Positions 27,701 to 44,334 of a stretch of 64,000 nt of DNA are shown here, piece after piece (the first letter of the stretch is position 1; each line of letters opens with the position of its first letter). Both the position numbers and the translations under genes were made by a program. The notes under the pieces were generated by a model that was given only the letters and a program-made list of their open reading frames with translations, was not told the DNA's origin and ran no database searches. Source of the stretch: the human T2T-CHM13v2.0 reference genome, Homo sapiens; the NCBI RefSeq assembly GCF_009914755.1, contig NC_060935.1; one strand, written 5' to 3'.

Positions 27701-30700
27701 TTGTCATATCTGCAAATGGATATTTGGAGTGCATGCGCATTGAGACATACAGGTGAAAAGGAAATATCTTCACATAAAAACTAGACAGAAGGATTCTGAG
27801 AAACTGCTTTGTGATGTGTGCATTCATCTCACAGAGTTGAACATTTCTTTTGATTGAGCAGCTTTGAAACACTCTTTTTGTAGAATCTGAAAGTGGATAT
27901 TTGCAGCTCTTTGAGGCCTATGGTGGAAAAGGAAATATCTTCACATAAAAACTAGACAGAAGCATTCAGAGAAACTTCTTTGTGATGTGTGCATTCATCT
28001 CACAGAGTTTAACCTTTCTTTTGATTGAGCAGTTTTGAAACACTCTTTTTGTAGAATCTGAAAGTGGATATTTCGAGCGCTTTGAGGAGTATGGTGGAAA
28101 AGGAAATATCTTCACATAAAAACTAGACAGAAGCATTCTGAGAAACTTCTTTCTGATGTGTGCATTCAACTCACAGAGTTGAAAATTTATTTTTATTGAG
28201 CTGTTTGGAAACACTCTTTTTGTAGTATCTGTAGGGGATATTTGGAGTACTTTGAGGCCTATAGCTGAAAAGGAAATATGCTCAAATAAAAACCAGACAA
28301 AAGCATTATGAGAAACTTATTTGTGATGTGTGCATTCATCTCACAGAGTTGAACCTTTTTTTGATAGAGCAGTTTTGAAACACTCTTTTGTACTATCAGT
28401 AGGGGACATTTGGAGTGCTTTGAGGCTTATGGTTGAAAAGGAAATATCTTCATATAAAAACAAGACAGAAGGATTCTCAGAAATTTCTTTGGGATGTGTG
28501 CATTCAAATGCCAGAGTTGAAACTTTCTTTTTATTCAGCAGTTTTCAAACCCTCTTTTTATAAGATTTGCAAGTGGATATTTGGAGCGCTTTGAGGCCTA
28601 CGGTGGAAAAGGAAATATCTTCACATAAAAACTACACAGAAGCATTCTCAGAAGCTTCTTTGTGAAGTGTGCATTCAATTCACAGAGTTGCCCCTTTCTT
28701 TTGATTGAGCAATTCGGAAACACTCTTTTTGTAATATCTGCAAACGGATATTTGGAGCACATTGCGACCTATGGTGTAAAAGGAAATATCTTCACATAAA
28801 AACTACACAGAAGCATTCTGAGAAACTTTTTTGTGGTGTGTGCATTCGTCTCACAGAGTTGAACCTTTCTTTTGATTAAGCAGTTTTGAAACACTCTTTT
28901 TGTAGATTCTGCAATTGGATATTTGGAGCTCTTTGTGGCCTATGGTGAAAAAGGAAATATCTTCACATAAAAACTAGAAAGAAGCATTCTCAGAAACTTC
29001 TTTATGATGTGTGCATTCAACTCACAGAATTGGACTTTTCTTTTGATAGAGCAGTTTGGAAACACTCTTTTTGTAGTAACTGCAAATGGATATTTGGAGG
29101 GCTTGGAGGCCTATGGTCAAAAGGAAATATCTTCACATAAAGCTAGACAGAAGTATTCTGAGAAACTTCTTTGTGATGTTTCTATTCAACTCACAGAGCT
29201 GAACCACTGTTTTGATGGAGCAGTTTGGAAACAATCGTTTTGTAGCATGTGCAAATGAATTTTTGGAGTGCTTTGGGGCCTTTAGCTGAAAAGGAAATAT
29301 CTTCCCATAAAAACTAGACCGAAGCATTCTGAAAAACTTCTCTGTGATATGTGTATGCAACTCACAGAGTTGAACCTTCCTTTTGATTGACTAGTTTGGA
29401 AACACTTTTTTTGTGGAATCTGCAAGTGAATATTTGGAGTGCTTTGAGGCCATTGGTGGAAAAGGAAATATCTTCACAAAAGAAGTAGACAGAAGCATTC
29501 TCAGAAACCACTTTGTCATGTGGATATTCACCTCACAGAGTTGAACATTTCCTTTGATTGAGCAGTTTGTAAATAGTCTTTTTGTAGTATCTGCAAATGG
29601 ATATTTGGAACGCTTTGGGGCCTATAGCTGAAAAGGAAATATCTTCACATAAAGTCTACACAGAGGCATTCTGAGAAACTTCTTTGTGTTGTGTGCATTC
29701 ATCTCACAGAGTTGAAACTTTCTTTTGATGGAACAGTTTTGAAACACGCTTTCTGTAGAATCTGCAAGTGGATATTTGGAGTGCTTTGAGGCCTATAGTG
29801 GAACAGGAAATATCTCACATAAAAACTAAGCAGAAGTATTCTCAGAAACTTCTTTGTGATATGTGCATTCAACTCACAAAGTTGAACCTTTATTTTGATT
29901 GAGCAGTTTGGAAACACTCTTTTTGTAGTATCTGCAAATGGATATTTGGAGTGCTTTGAGGCCTTTAGCTGAAAAGGAAATATCTTCACATAAAAACTAG
30001 ACAGAAGCATTCTGAGAAACTTCTTTGTGATGTGTGCATTCATCTCATAGAGTCGAACCTTTCTTTTCATTGAGCAGTTTTGAAATGCTATTTTTGTAGA
30101 ATCTGCAAGTGGATATTTGAGGAGTTTTGAGGCCTATGGTGGAAAAGGAAATATCTTCACATGAAAATTAGACAGAAGTGGTGTCAGAAACTTCTTTGTG
30201 ATGTGTGCATTGAACTCACAGAGTTGAACCTTTCTCTTGATTGAGCAGTTTGGAAACACTCTTTTTGTAGTATTTGCAAGTGGATATTTGGAGCTCTTTG
30301 AAACCTATGGAGGAAAAGGAAATATCTTCACGTAAAAACTAGCCATAAGCATTCTGAGAAACTTCTTTGATATCTGTGAATTCAACTCACAGGTTTGAAA
30401 CTTTCTTTTCTTTGAGCAGTCTTCAAACACTCTTTTTGTAAAATATGCATGTGCATATTTGGAGCTCTTGCAGCCTCTACTGGAAAAGAAAATATCTTCG
30501 CATAAAAACTAGACAGAAGCATTCTCAGAAATTCCTTTGTGATGTGTGCATTAATCTCACAGAGTTGAACGTTTCTTTTGACTGAGCAGTTTTGAAACAC
30601 TCTTTTTGTAGAATCTGCAACTGGATATTTGGAGTGCTTTGAGGCCAATGATGGAAAAAGAAACGTCTTCACATAAGAAATTGACAGAAACATTCCCAGA

Positions 30701-31371
30701 AATTTCTTTGTGATGTGTGCATTCAACTCACAGAATTAAACTTTTCTTTTGATTGAGCAGTTTTGGAAACACTCTTTTTGTGGTATCTGCAAATGGTTAT
30801 TTGGAGTGCTTTGTGGCCTATAGCTGATAAAGAAATATCTTTACACAAAAACCAGACAGAAGCATTCTGGGAAACTTCTTTGTGATGTGTGCATTCACCT
30901 CACAGAGGTGAAACTTTCTTTTGATTGAGCAGTTTTGAAACACTCTTTTTGTAGAACTGGCAACTGGATATTTTTAGCGCTTGGAGGCCTATGGTGGAAA
31001 AGGAAATTTCTTCACAGAAAAGCTAGACAGAAGCGTTCTCAGAAACATCACTGTGATGTGTGCATTCAACTCACAGAGTTGAAACTTTGTTTTGATTAAC
31101 TGTGTGGAAATACTCTTTTTGTAGTAACTGCAAATGGGTATTTGAAGCACTTTGAGTCCAATTGCTGTAAAGGAAATATCTTCACATAAAAACTAGACAG
31201 AAACATTCTGAGAAACTTCTTTGTGATGTGTCCATTCATGTCACAGAGTTGAACTTTTCTTTTGATTGAACAGTTTTGAAATACTCTTTTTGTAGAATCT
31301 GCAAATGGATATTTTTAGCACTTACCTCCTCCAGTGGAAAAGGAAATAACTTCACATAAAAACTGGACAGA
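21741..31371 (+). repeat. Alpha satellite, SF4/M1(Ga)-like monomeric layer, A-box type
   Basis: Monomers carry 'gaagcattctgagaaacttc', 'ctgcaagtggatatttggagcgc' and 'ggcctatggtggaaaagg'. No CENP-B box (YTTCGTTGGAARCGGGA) seen. Confidence 0.92.
23700..24720 (+). repeat. Tandem duplication of a 3-monomer (~511 bp) alpha unit
   Basis: Rare variants 'ggagctcctagaggcctaag', 'cattctgacgaacttcc', 'ggcttctggggaaatag' and 'gaatcgacaaatggctatttcta' each recur at an offset of ~510 bp. Confidence 0.9.
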
Positions 31372-31380
31372 TATGTGGTT

Positions 31381-32418
31381 GGAGCCAAGATGGCCGAATA
31401 GGAACAGCTCTGGTCTACAAACAGCTCTGGTCCCAGTGTGAGGGGTGCAGAAGTCGGATGATATCTGCATTTCCATCTGAGGTACCGGGTTCATCTCACT
31501 ATGGATGGCCAGACACTGGGCACAGGACAGTGGGTGCAGTGCACCATGCATGAGCGGAAGAATGGTGAAGCATTGCCTCACTCAGGAAGCACAAGGGGTC
31601 AGGGAGTTCCCTTCCCTAGTGAAAGAAAGGGGTAACAGATGGCACTTGGAAAATTGTGTCACTCCCACCATAATACTGTGTTTTTCTGAAGTGCTTAAAA
31701 TACTTCACACCAGGAGATTCTATGCCACACCTAGCTTGGAGGGTCCTACACCCATGGAGTCTCGCTGATTTCTAGCACAGCAGTCTGAGATCAAACTGCA
31801 AGGCAGCAGCGAGGCTGGGGGAGGGACGCCCGCAACTGCCCAGGCTTGCTTAGGTACACAAAGCAGCCAGGAAGCTCCAACTGGGTGGAGACCACCACAG
31901 CTCAAAGATGCCTGCCTGCCTCTGTAGGCTCCACCTCTGGGGGCAGGGCACACACAAACAAAAAGACAGCAGTAACCTCTGCAGATTTAAATGTCCCTGT
32001 CTGACAGATTTGAAGAGATCAGTAGTTCTGCAAGCATGCAGCTGGAGATCTGAGAATGGGCAGGCTGACTCCTCAAATGGGTCCCTGATCCCTGATCCCC
32101 AAGCAGCCTAACTAGGAGGCACCCCTCAGTAGGGGCCAATGGACACCTCACACGGCTGGGTACTCCTCTGAGAAAAACTTCCAGAGGAACGATCAGACAG
32201 CAGCATTCATGATTCAAAAAAATCCACTATTCTGCAGCCACCGCTGCTGTTACCCAGGGAAACAGCGTCTGGAGTGGACCTCTAGCAAACTCCAACTGAC
32301 CTACAGCTGAGGGTCCTGACGGTTAAAAGGAAAACTAACAAACAGAAAGGACATCCATAGCAAAATCCCACCTGTACATCACCATCATCAAAGAACAAAA
32401 GTAGATAAAACCACAAAG
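31381..32418 (+). promoter_or_regulatory. L1-A 5'UTR internal promoter; YY1 core caagatggcc at 31386-31395; ZNF93-target segment at ~32167-32293
   Basis: YY1 motif is intact. The ~127-bp segment between 'gtactcc' and 'aactgacc', absent from L1PA2/L1HS, is present. CpGs are largely decayed. Confidence 0.8.
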
Positions 32419-33435
32419 ATGGGGAAAAAACAGAGCAGAAAAACTGGAAACTCTATAAAGCAGACCACCTCTTCTCCTCCAAAGGAACGCAGATTATCAT
32501 CAGAAACAGAACAAAGCTGGATGGAGAATGACTTTGATGAGTTGGGAGAAGAAGGCTTCAGACGATCAAACTAATCTGAGCTACAGGAGGAAATTCAAAC
32601 CAAAGGCAAAGAAGTTGAAATCCCTGAAAAAAATTTAGACGACTGTATAACTAGAATAACCAATACAGAGAAGAGCTTAAAGGAGCTGATGGGGCTGAAA
32701 ACCAAGGCTCGACAACTACATGAGAAATGAAGAAGCCTCAGGAGCTGATGAGATCAACTGGAAGAAAGGGTACGAATGATGCAAGACAAAATGAATGAAA
32801 TGAAGTGAGAAGGGAAGTTAAGAGAAAAAGGAATAAAAAGAAATGAACAAAACCTCCAAGAAATATGGGACTATGAGAAAAGACAAAATCTACGTCTGAT
32901 TGGTGTACCTCAAAGTGATGGGAAGAATGGAACCAAGTGGGAAAACACTCTGCAGGATATTATCCAGGAGAACTTCCCCAATTTAGCAAGGCAGACCAAC
33001 ATTCAGATTCAGGAAATAAAGAGAACGCCACAAAGATACTCCTCAAGAAGAGCAACTCCAAGACACATAATTGTCAGATACACCAAAGTTGAAATTAAGG
33101 AAAAAATGTTAAGGTCAGTGAGAGAGAAAGGTTGGGTTACCCACAAAGGGACGCCCATCAGACTAACAGCAGATCTCTTGGCAGAAACTCTACAAGCCAC
33201 AAGAGAGTGAGGGCCAATATTCAACATTCTTAAAGAAAAGAATTTTCAACCCAGAATTTCATATCCAGCCAAACTAAGCTTCATAAGGGAAGGAGAAATA
33301 AAATACTTTGCAGACAAGCAAATGCTGAGAGATTTTGTCACCACCAGGCCTGCCCTAAAAGAGCTCCTGAAGGAAGCACTAAACATGGAAAGGAACAACC
33401 GGTGCCAGCCACTGCAAAATCATGCCAAATTGTAA
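32419..33435 (+). pseudogene. L1 ORF1p remnant (L1-A), multiple premature stops
   Basis: Starts atggggaaaaaacag and ends catgccaaattgtaa. No long ORF in the track; in-frame TGAs around 32728-32750. Confidence 0.92.
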
Positions 33436-33498
33436 AGACCACCACAGCTAGGAAGAAACTGCATCAACTAACGAGCCAAATAACCAGCTAACATCATA

Positions 33499-36400
33499 AT
33501 GACAGGATCAAATTCACACTTAACAATATTAACTTTAAATGTAAATGGACTAAATGTTCCAATTAAAAGACACGGACTGGCAAATTGGATAAAGAGTCAA
33601 GACCCATCAGTGTGCTGTATTCAGGAAACCCATCTCACGTGCAGAGACACACATAGGCTCAAAATAACAGGATGGAGGAAGATCTACCAAGCAAATGGAA
33701 AACAAAAAAAGGCAGGGGTTGCAATCCTAGTCTCTGATAAAACAGACTTTAATCAACAAAGATCAAAGGAGACAAAGCAGGCCATTACATAACGGTAAAG
33801 GGACCAATTCAACAAGAAGAGCTAACTATCCTAAACACATATGCACCCAATACAGGAGGAGCCAGATTCATAAAGCAAGTCCTGAGTGACCTACAAAGAG
33901 ACTTAGACTCCAACACAATAATAACGGGATACCTTAATACCCCACTGTCAACATTAGACAGATCAATGAGACAGAAAGTTAACAAGGATGCCCAGGAATT
34001 GAACTCAGCTCTGCACCAAGAGGAACTAATAGACATCTACAGAACTCTCTACCCCAAATCAACAGAATATACATTTTTTTTCAGCACCACACCACAACTA
34101 GTCCAAAATTGACCACATAGTTGGAAGTAAAGCTCTGCTCAACAAAAGTAAAAGAAGAGAAAATATAACAAACTGTCTCTCAGACCACAGTGCAATCAAA
34201 CTAGAACTCAGGATTAAGAAACTCACTCAAACCACTCAACTACATGGAAACTCAATAACCTGCTCCTCAATGACTACTGGGTACATAATGAAATGAAGGC
34301 AGAAATAAAGATGTTCTTTGAAACCAACGAGAACAAAGACACAATGTACCAGAATCTCTGGGACACATTCAAAGCAGTGTGTAGAGGGAAATTTATAGCG
34401 CTAAGTGCCCATAAAAGAAAGCAGGAAAGTTCCAAAATTGACATCCTAACATCACAATTAAAAGAACTAGAAAAGCAAGAGCAAATACATTCAAAAGCCA
34501 GCAGAAGGCAAGAAATAACTAAAATCAGAGCAGAACTGAAGGAAATAGAGACACAAAAAAACCTCCAGAAAATTAATGAATCCAGGATCTGCTTTTTGAA
34601 AACATCAACAAAATTGAAAGACTGCTAGCAAGACTAATAAAGAAGAAAAGAGAGAAGAATCAAAAAGATGCAATAAAAAATGATAAAGGGGATATCACCA
34701 CCGATCCCACAGAAATAAAAACTACCATCAGAGAATACTACAAACACTTCTATGCAAATAAACTAGAAAATCTAGAAGAAATGGATAAATCCCTCGACAC
34801 ATACATCCTCCCAAGACTAAACCAGGAAGAAGTTGAATCTCTGAATAGACCAACAACAGGATCTGAAATTGTGGCAATAATCAATAGCTTTACCAATCAA
34901 AAAGAGTCCATGACCAGATGCTTTCACAGCCAAATTCTACCAGAGGTACAAGGAGGAACTGGTACCATTCCTTCTGAAACTATTCCAATCAACAGAAAAA
35001 GAGGGAATCTTCTGTAACTCATTTTATGAGTTATCAGGTTGGTATCAGTCAACCTGATACCAAAGACAGGCAGAGACACAACCAAAAAAGAGAATTTTAG
35101 ACCAATATCCTTGATGAACATTGATTCAAAAATCCTCAATAAAATACTGGAAAACGAAATCCAGCAGCACATCAAAAAGCTTATCCACCATGATCAAGTG
35201 AGCTTCAACCCTGGGATGCAAGGCTGGTTCAATATATGCAAATTAATAAATGTAATCCAGCATATAAACAGAACCAAACACAAAAACCACATGATTATCT
35301 TAATAGATGCAATAAAGGCCTTTGACAAAATTCAACAACCTTCATGCAAAAAACTCTCAATAAATTAGGAATTGATGGGATGTATCTCAAAATAATAAGA
35401 GCCATCTATGACAAACCCACAGCCAATATCATACTGAATGGTCAAAAACTGGAAGCATTCACTTTGAAAATTGACACAACACAGGGATGCCCTCTCTCAC
35501 CACTCCTATTCAACATAGTGTTGGAAGTTCTGGCCAGGACAATTAGGCAGGAGAAGGAAATAAAGGGTATTCAATTACGAAAAGAGGAAGTCAAATGGCC
35601 CCTGTTTGCAGATAACATGATTGTATATATAGAAAACCCCATTGTCTCAGCCCAAAATCTCCTTAAGCTTATAAGCAACCTCAGCAAAGTCTCAGGAAAC
35701 AATATCAATGTACAAAAATCACAAACATTCTTGTACACCAATAACAGACAAACAGAGAGCCAAATCATGAGTGAACTCCCATTCACAATTGCTTCAAAGA
35801 GAATAAAATACCTAGGAATCCCACTTTCAAGGGACATGAAGGACCTATTCAAGGAGGACGGCAAATCACTGCCCAATGAAATAAAAGAGGATACAAAAAA
35901 AAGGAAGAACATTCCATGCTCACGGGTAGGAAGAATCAATATCGTGAAAATGGCCATACCGCCCAAGGTAATTTATAGATTCAATGCCATCCCCATCAAA
36001 ATACAAATGACTTTCTTCACAGAATTGGAAAAAACTACTTTAAAGTTCATATGGCACCAAAAAAGAGCCCGCATCATCAAGGCAATCCTAAGCCAAAAGA
36101 ACAAAGCTGGAGGCATCACGCTACCTGACTTCAAACTATACTACAAGGCTACAGTAAGCAAAACAGCATGGTGCTGGTACCAAAACAGAGATATAGATCA
36201 ATGGAACAGAACAGAGACCTCAGAAATAACGCCACATATCTACAACTATGTGATCTTTGACAAACCTGAGAAAAACAAGCAATGGGGTAAGGAGCCCTAT
36301 TTAATAAATGGTGCTGGGAAAACTGGCTAGCCATAAGTAGAAAGCTGAAACTGGGTCCCTTCCCTACACCTTATACAAAAATTAATTCAAGATGGATTAA

Positions 36401-37335
36401 AGACTTAAACGTTAGACCTAAAACCATAAAAACCCTAGAAGAAAACCTTAGCATTACCATTCAGGACATAGGCATGTCCAAGGACTTCATGACTAAAACA
36501 CCAAATGCAATAGCAACAAAAGCCACAATAGACAAATGGGATCTAATTAAACTAAGGCGCTTCTGCACTGCAAAAGAAACTACCATCACAGTGAACAGGC
36601 AACCTACCAAATGGGAGAAAATTTTTGCAACCTACTCATCTGACAAAGGGCTAATATCCAGAATCTACAATGAACTCAAACAACTTCACAAGAAAAAAAC
36701 AAACAACCCTATCAAAAAGTGGGTGAAGGTCATGAACAGACACTTCTCAAAAGAAGACATTGATGCAGCCAAAAAGCAGTGAAAAAATACTCACTGTCAC
36801 TGGCTATCAGAGAAATGCAAATCAAAACCACAATGAGATAGCATCTCACACCAGTTAGAATGGCAATCATTAAAAAGTCAGGAAACAACAGGTGCTGGAG
36901 AGGATGTGGAAAAATAGGAACACTTTTACACTGTTGGTGGGACTGTAAACTATTTCAATCATTGTGGAAGTCAGTGTGGCGATTCTTCAGGGATCTAGAA
37001 CTAGAAATACCACTTTTGACCCAGCCATCCCATTACTGTTTATATACCCAAAGGCCTATAAATCATGCTGTTATAAAGACAAATGCCCACGTATGTTTAT
37101 TGCGACACTGTTCACAATAGCAAAGACTTGGATCCAACCCAAATGTCCAACAATGATAGATTGGATTAAGAAAATGTGGCACATATACACCATGGAATAC
37201 TATGCAGACATAACAAATGATGAGTTCATGTCCTTTACAGGGACATGGATGAAATTAGAAATCATCATTCTCAGTATACTAGCACAATAACAAAAAACCA
37301 AACAATACATATTCTCACTCATAGGTAGGAATTGA
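33499..37335 (+). pseudogene. L1 ORF2p remnant (endonuclease, reverse transcriptase, C-terminal domain) of L1-A
   Basis: Fragments MTGSNSH..., [10 protein letters not shown] and HCWWDC lie in several frames. The catalytic FADD motif has become FADN. Confidence 0.95.
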
Positions 37336-37570
37336 ACAATGAGAAGACATGGACACAGGAAGGGGAACATCAAACTCTGGGGACTGTCGTGGTGTGAGGG
37401 GAAGGGGGAGGGATAGCTTCAGGAGATATACCTAATGCTAAATGATGAGATAATGGGTGCAGCACACCAGCATGTCACATGTATACATATGGAACAAAAC
37501 CTGCACATTGTGCACATGTACCCTAAAACTTAAAGTATAATAATAATAAAATTTAAAAAAATGAAAAATA

Positions 37571-40210
37571 AAAACTAGAGAGAAGCATTCTGCGAAACTT
37601 CCTTGTGATGTGTGCATTCAACTCACAGAGTTGAACCTTTCTTTTGATTGAGCAGTTTTGAAAATCTCTTTTTGCAGGATCTGCAAGTGGATATTTGGAG
37701 AGCTTTGAGGCCTGTGGTTGAAAGGAAATGTGTTCACGTAAAAACTAGACAGAAGAATTCTCAGAAACTTCTTTGTGATGTGTGATTCCACTCACAGAGT
37801 TGGACATTTCTTTTGATTCAGCAGTTTGGAAACACTCTTTTTGTAGAATCTACAAGTGGATATTTGGAGTGCTATGAGGCCTATGGGGGAAAAGCAAATA
37901 TCTTCACATAAAAACTAAACAGAACAATTCGGAAAAACTTCTTCATGATGTGCGCATTTATGTCACAGTGTTGAATATTTCTTTTGATTGAGCAGTTTTC
38001 AAACACTCTTTGTTGAGGATATGCCATTGGATAATAGGAGGGATTGGAGGCCTATGGAGGAAAAGGAAATATCTTCACAAAAAAACTAGACAGAAGCATT
38101 CTCAGAAACTTCTATGGGATGTGTCCATTCAACTCACAGAGTTGAATATTTCTTTTGATTGAGCAGTTTGGAAACCCTCTTTTTGTAGTATCTACAAATG
38201 GATATTTGGAGCCCTTTGAGGCATATAGCTGAAAATGAAATATCTTCACATAAAAACTAGACAGAAGCTTTCTGAGAAACTTCTTTGGGATGTGTGCATT
38301 CATCTCACAGAGTTGAACCTTTCTTTGAGCAGTTTTGAAACACCGTTTTTGTAGAATCTGCAAGTGGATATTTGGAGCACATTTAGGGCTATGGTGGAAA
38401 AGGAAATATCTTCACATAAAAACTAGACAGAAGCATTCTCAGAAACTTCTTTGTGATGTGTGCATTCAACTCACAGAGCTGAATCATTCTTTGATTGAGC
38501 AGTTTGGAAACACTCTTTTTGTAGTATCTGAAAGGGATATTTGAAGCACTTTGAGGTCTATAGCTTAAAAGGAAATATCTTTACATAAAAACTAGACAGA
38601 AGCATTCTCAGACACTTCTTTGTGATGTGTGCATTCATATCACAGAGTTCAACCTTTCTTTTGATTGAGCAGTTTTGATATACTCTTTTTGCAGGATCTG
38701 CAAATGGATATTTGGAGTGCTTTGAGGCCTATGGTGGTAAAGGAAATTTCTTCACGTACAAACTAGACAGAAGCATTCTCAGAAACTTCTTTGTGATGTG
38801 TGCATTCAACTCACAGAGTTGAATCTTTCTTTTGATTGAGCAGTTTGGAAACACTCTGTTTTTAGTAACTGCAAGTGGATATTTGGAGTGCATAGAGGCT
38901 TATAGCTGAAAAAGAAATATTTTCATATAAAAACTAGACAGTAGCATTCTGAGAAACTTCTTTGTGATCTTTATTCATCTCACAGATTTGAAACTTTCTT
39001 TTGGTTGAACAGTTTTGAAACACTCTTTTGAAATATCTGCAAGTGGATATAATGAAAGCTTTGAGGTGTACGGTGGAAAAGGAAATACCTTCACATAAAA
39101 ACCAGATGGAAGGATTTTCAGAAACTTCTTTGTGATGTGTGCATTCAATTCACAGAGTTGAACCTTTCTTTTGATTGAGCAGTTTGGAAGCACTCTTTTT
39201 GTAGAAACTGCAAGTGGATATTTGGAGAGCTTTGTGGCCTATGGTAGAAAAGGAAATATCTTCAACTAATATCTACACAAAAGCCTTCTCAGAAACTTCT
39301 GTGTGACGTGTGCATTCAACTCACAGAGTAGAAACTTTCTTTTGATTGAGAAGGTTGGAAACACTCATTTTGTAGTATCTGCAAATTGATATTTGGAGTG
39401 CTTTGAGGCTTATAGCTGAAAAGGAAATATCTTCACATAAAAACTAGAAAGAAGCATTCTGAGGAACTTCTTTGTGATGTGTGCATTCATCTCACAGAGT
39501 TGAACCTTTCTTTTGATTGAGCAGTTTTGAAACACTCTATTTGCAGATTCTGCAAGTGGATATTTGGAACGCTTTGAGACCTAGGGTTGAAAAGGAAATA
39601 TCTTCACATAAAAACTGGACAGAAGCATTCTGAGGAACTTCTCTGTGATGTGTCCATTCAACTTACAGAGTTGAAACTTTCTTTTGATTGAGCAGTTTTG
39701 AAACTCTCTTTTTGTAGAATCTGCAAGTGGATATTTGGAGCGATTTCATCCTCTACTGGAAAAGGAAATATCTTCACATACAAATTAGACAGAAGCATTC
39801 TGAGAAACTTCTTTGTGATGTTTGAATTCATCTCACAGTGTTGAACTTTAGTTTTAATTGAGCAGTTTTGAAAAACTATTTTTGCAGAATCTGCAAGTGG
39901 ATATTTGGAGGGTTTTGTGGCCTATGGTGGAAAAGGAAATATCTTCACATAAAAACTAGACAGAAGCATTCAGAGAAACTTCTTTGAGATGTGTGCATTC
40001 ACCTCACAGAGGTGAACATTTCCTTTGTATGAGCAGTTTTGAAACACTCTTTTTGTAGAGTCTGCAAGTGGCTATTTGGAGCGTTTTCAGTCCTATGGTG
40101 GAAAATTAAATATCTTCACATATAAACTAGACAGAAACATTCGAGAAACTTCTTTGTGATGTCTGCATTCATTTCACAGAGTTGAACATTTCTTTTGATT
40201 GAGCAGTTTT
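37571..40210 (+). repeat. Alpha satellite (SF4-like), ~15 monomers, spacer between the inverted L1 pair
   Basis: Resumes in register after the L1-A TSD and ends at 'ttttgattgagcagtttt', abutting the L1-B poly(T). Confidence 0.95.
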
Positions 40211-40445
40211 CTTTTTTTTATTTTTTTTGTTTTATTATTATTACACTTTAAGTTTCAGTGTATATGTGCACAATGTGCAGGTTAGCTACATATGTATACA
40301 TGTGCCATGCTGGTGTGCTGCACCCATTATCTCATCATTTAGCATTAGGTATATCTCCTAATGCTATCCCTTCCCCCTCCCCCCAAACCCACGACAGTCC
40401 CCAGAGTGTGACGTTAGCCTTCCTGTGTCAATGTGTTCTCATTGT

Positions 40446-44271
<3,826 letters not shown>

Positions 44272-44334
44272 TATCATGTTAGCTGGATATTTGGCTCGTT
44301 AGTTGATGCAGTTTCTTCCTAGCCATGGTGGTCT

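Larger units (their letters stand above)
31375..37570 (+). mobile_element. L1-A: full-length LINE-1, L1PA3(6160-type)/L1PA4-like, inactive
   Basis: 5' end ggagccaagatggccgaatagg, ~1.04-kb 5'UTR, ORF1 and ORF2 remnants, 3'UTR with 'ggagatatacctaatgctaaatga', and A-rich tail at ~37540-37570. TSD-like pair ataaaaactggacaga (31356-31371) / ataaaaactagagaga (37568-37583). Confidence 0.97.

Noticed and set aside
31720-31953. Functional L1 ORF0
   Set aside because: In L1-A the start codon is lost and a stop follows ...LGVA. In L1-B (ATG ~45934) a TGA occurs after ~12 codons.
35665-35678. Shared 'cttataag' variant as stand-alone proof of common ancestry
   Set aside because: The change perfects the palindrome gcttataagc and could recur independently, so it was used only alongside other sites.
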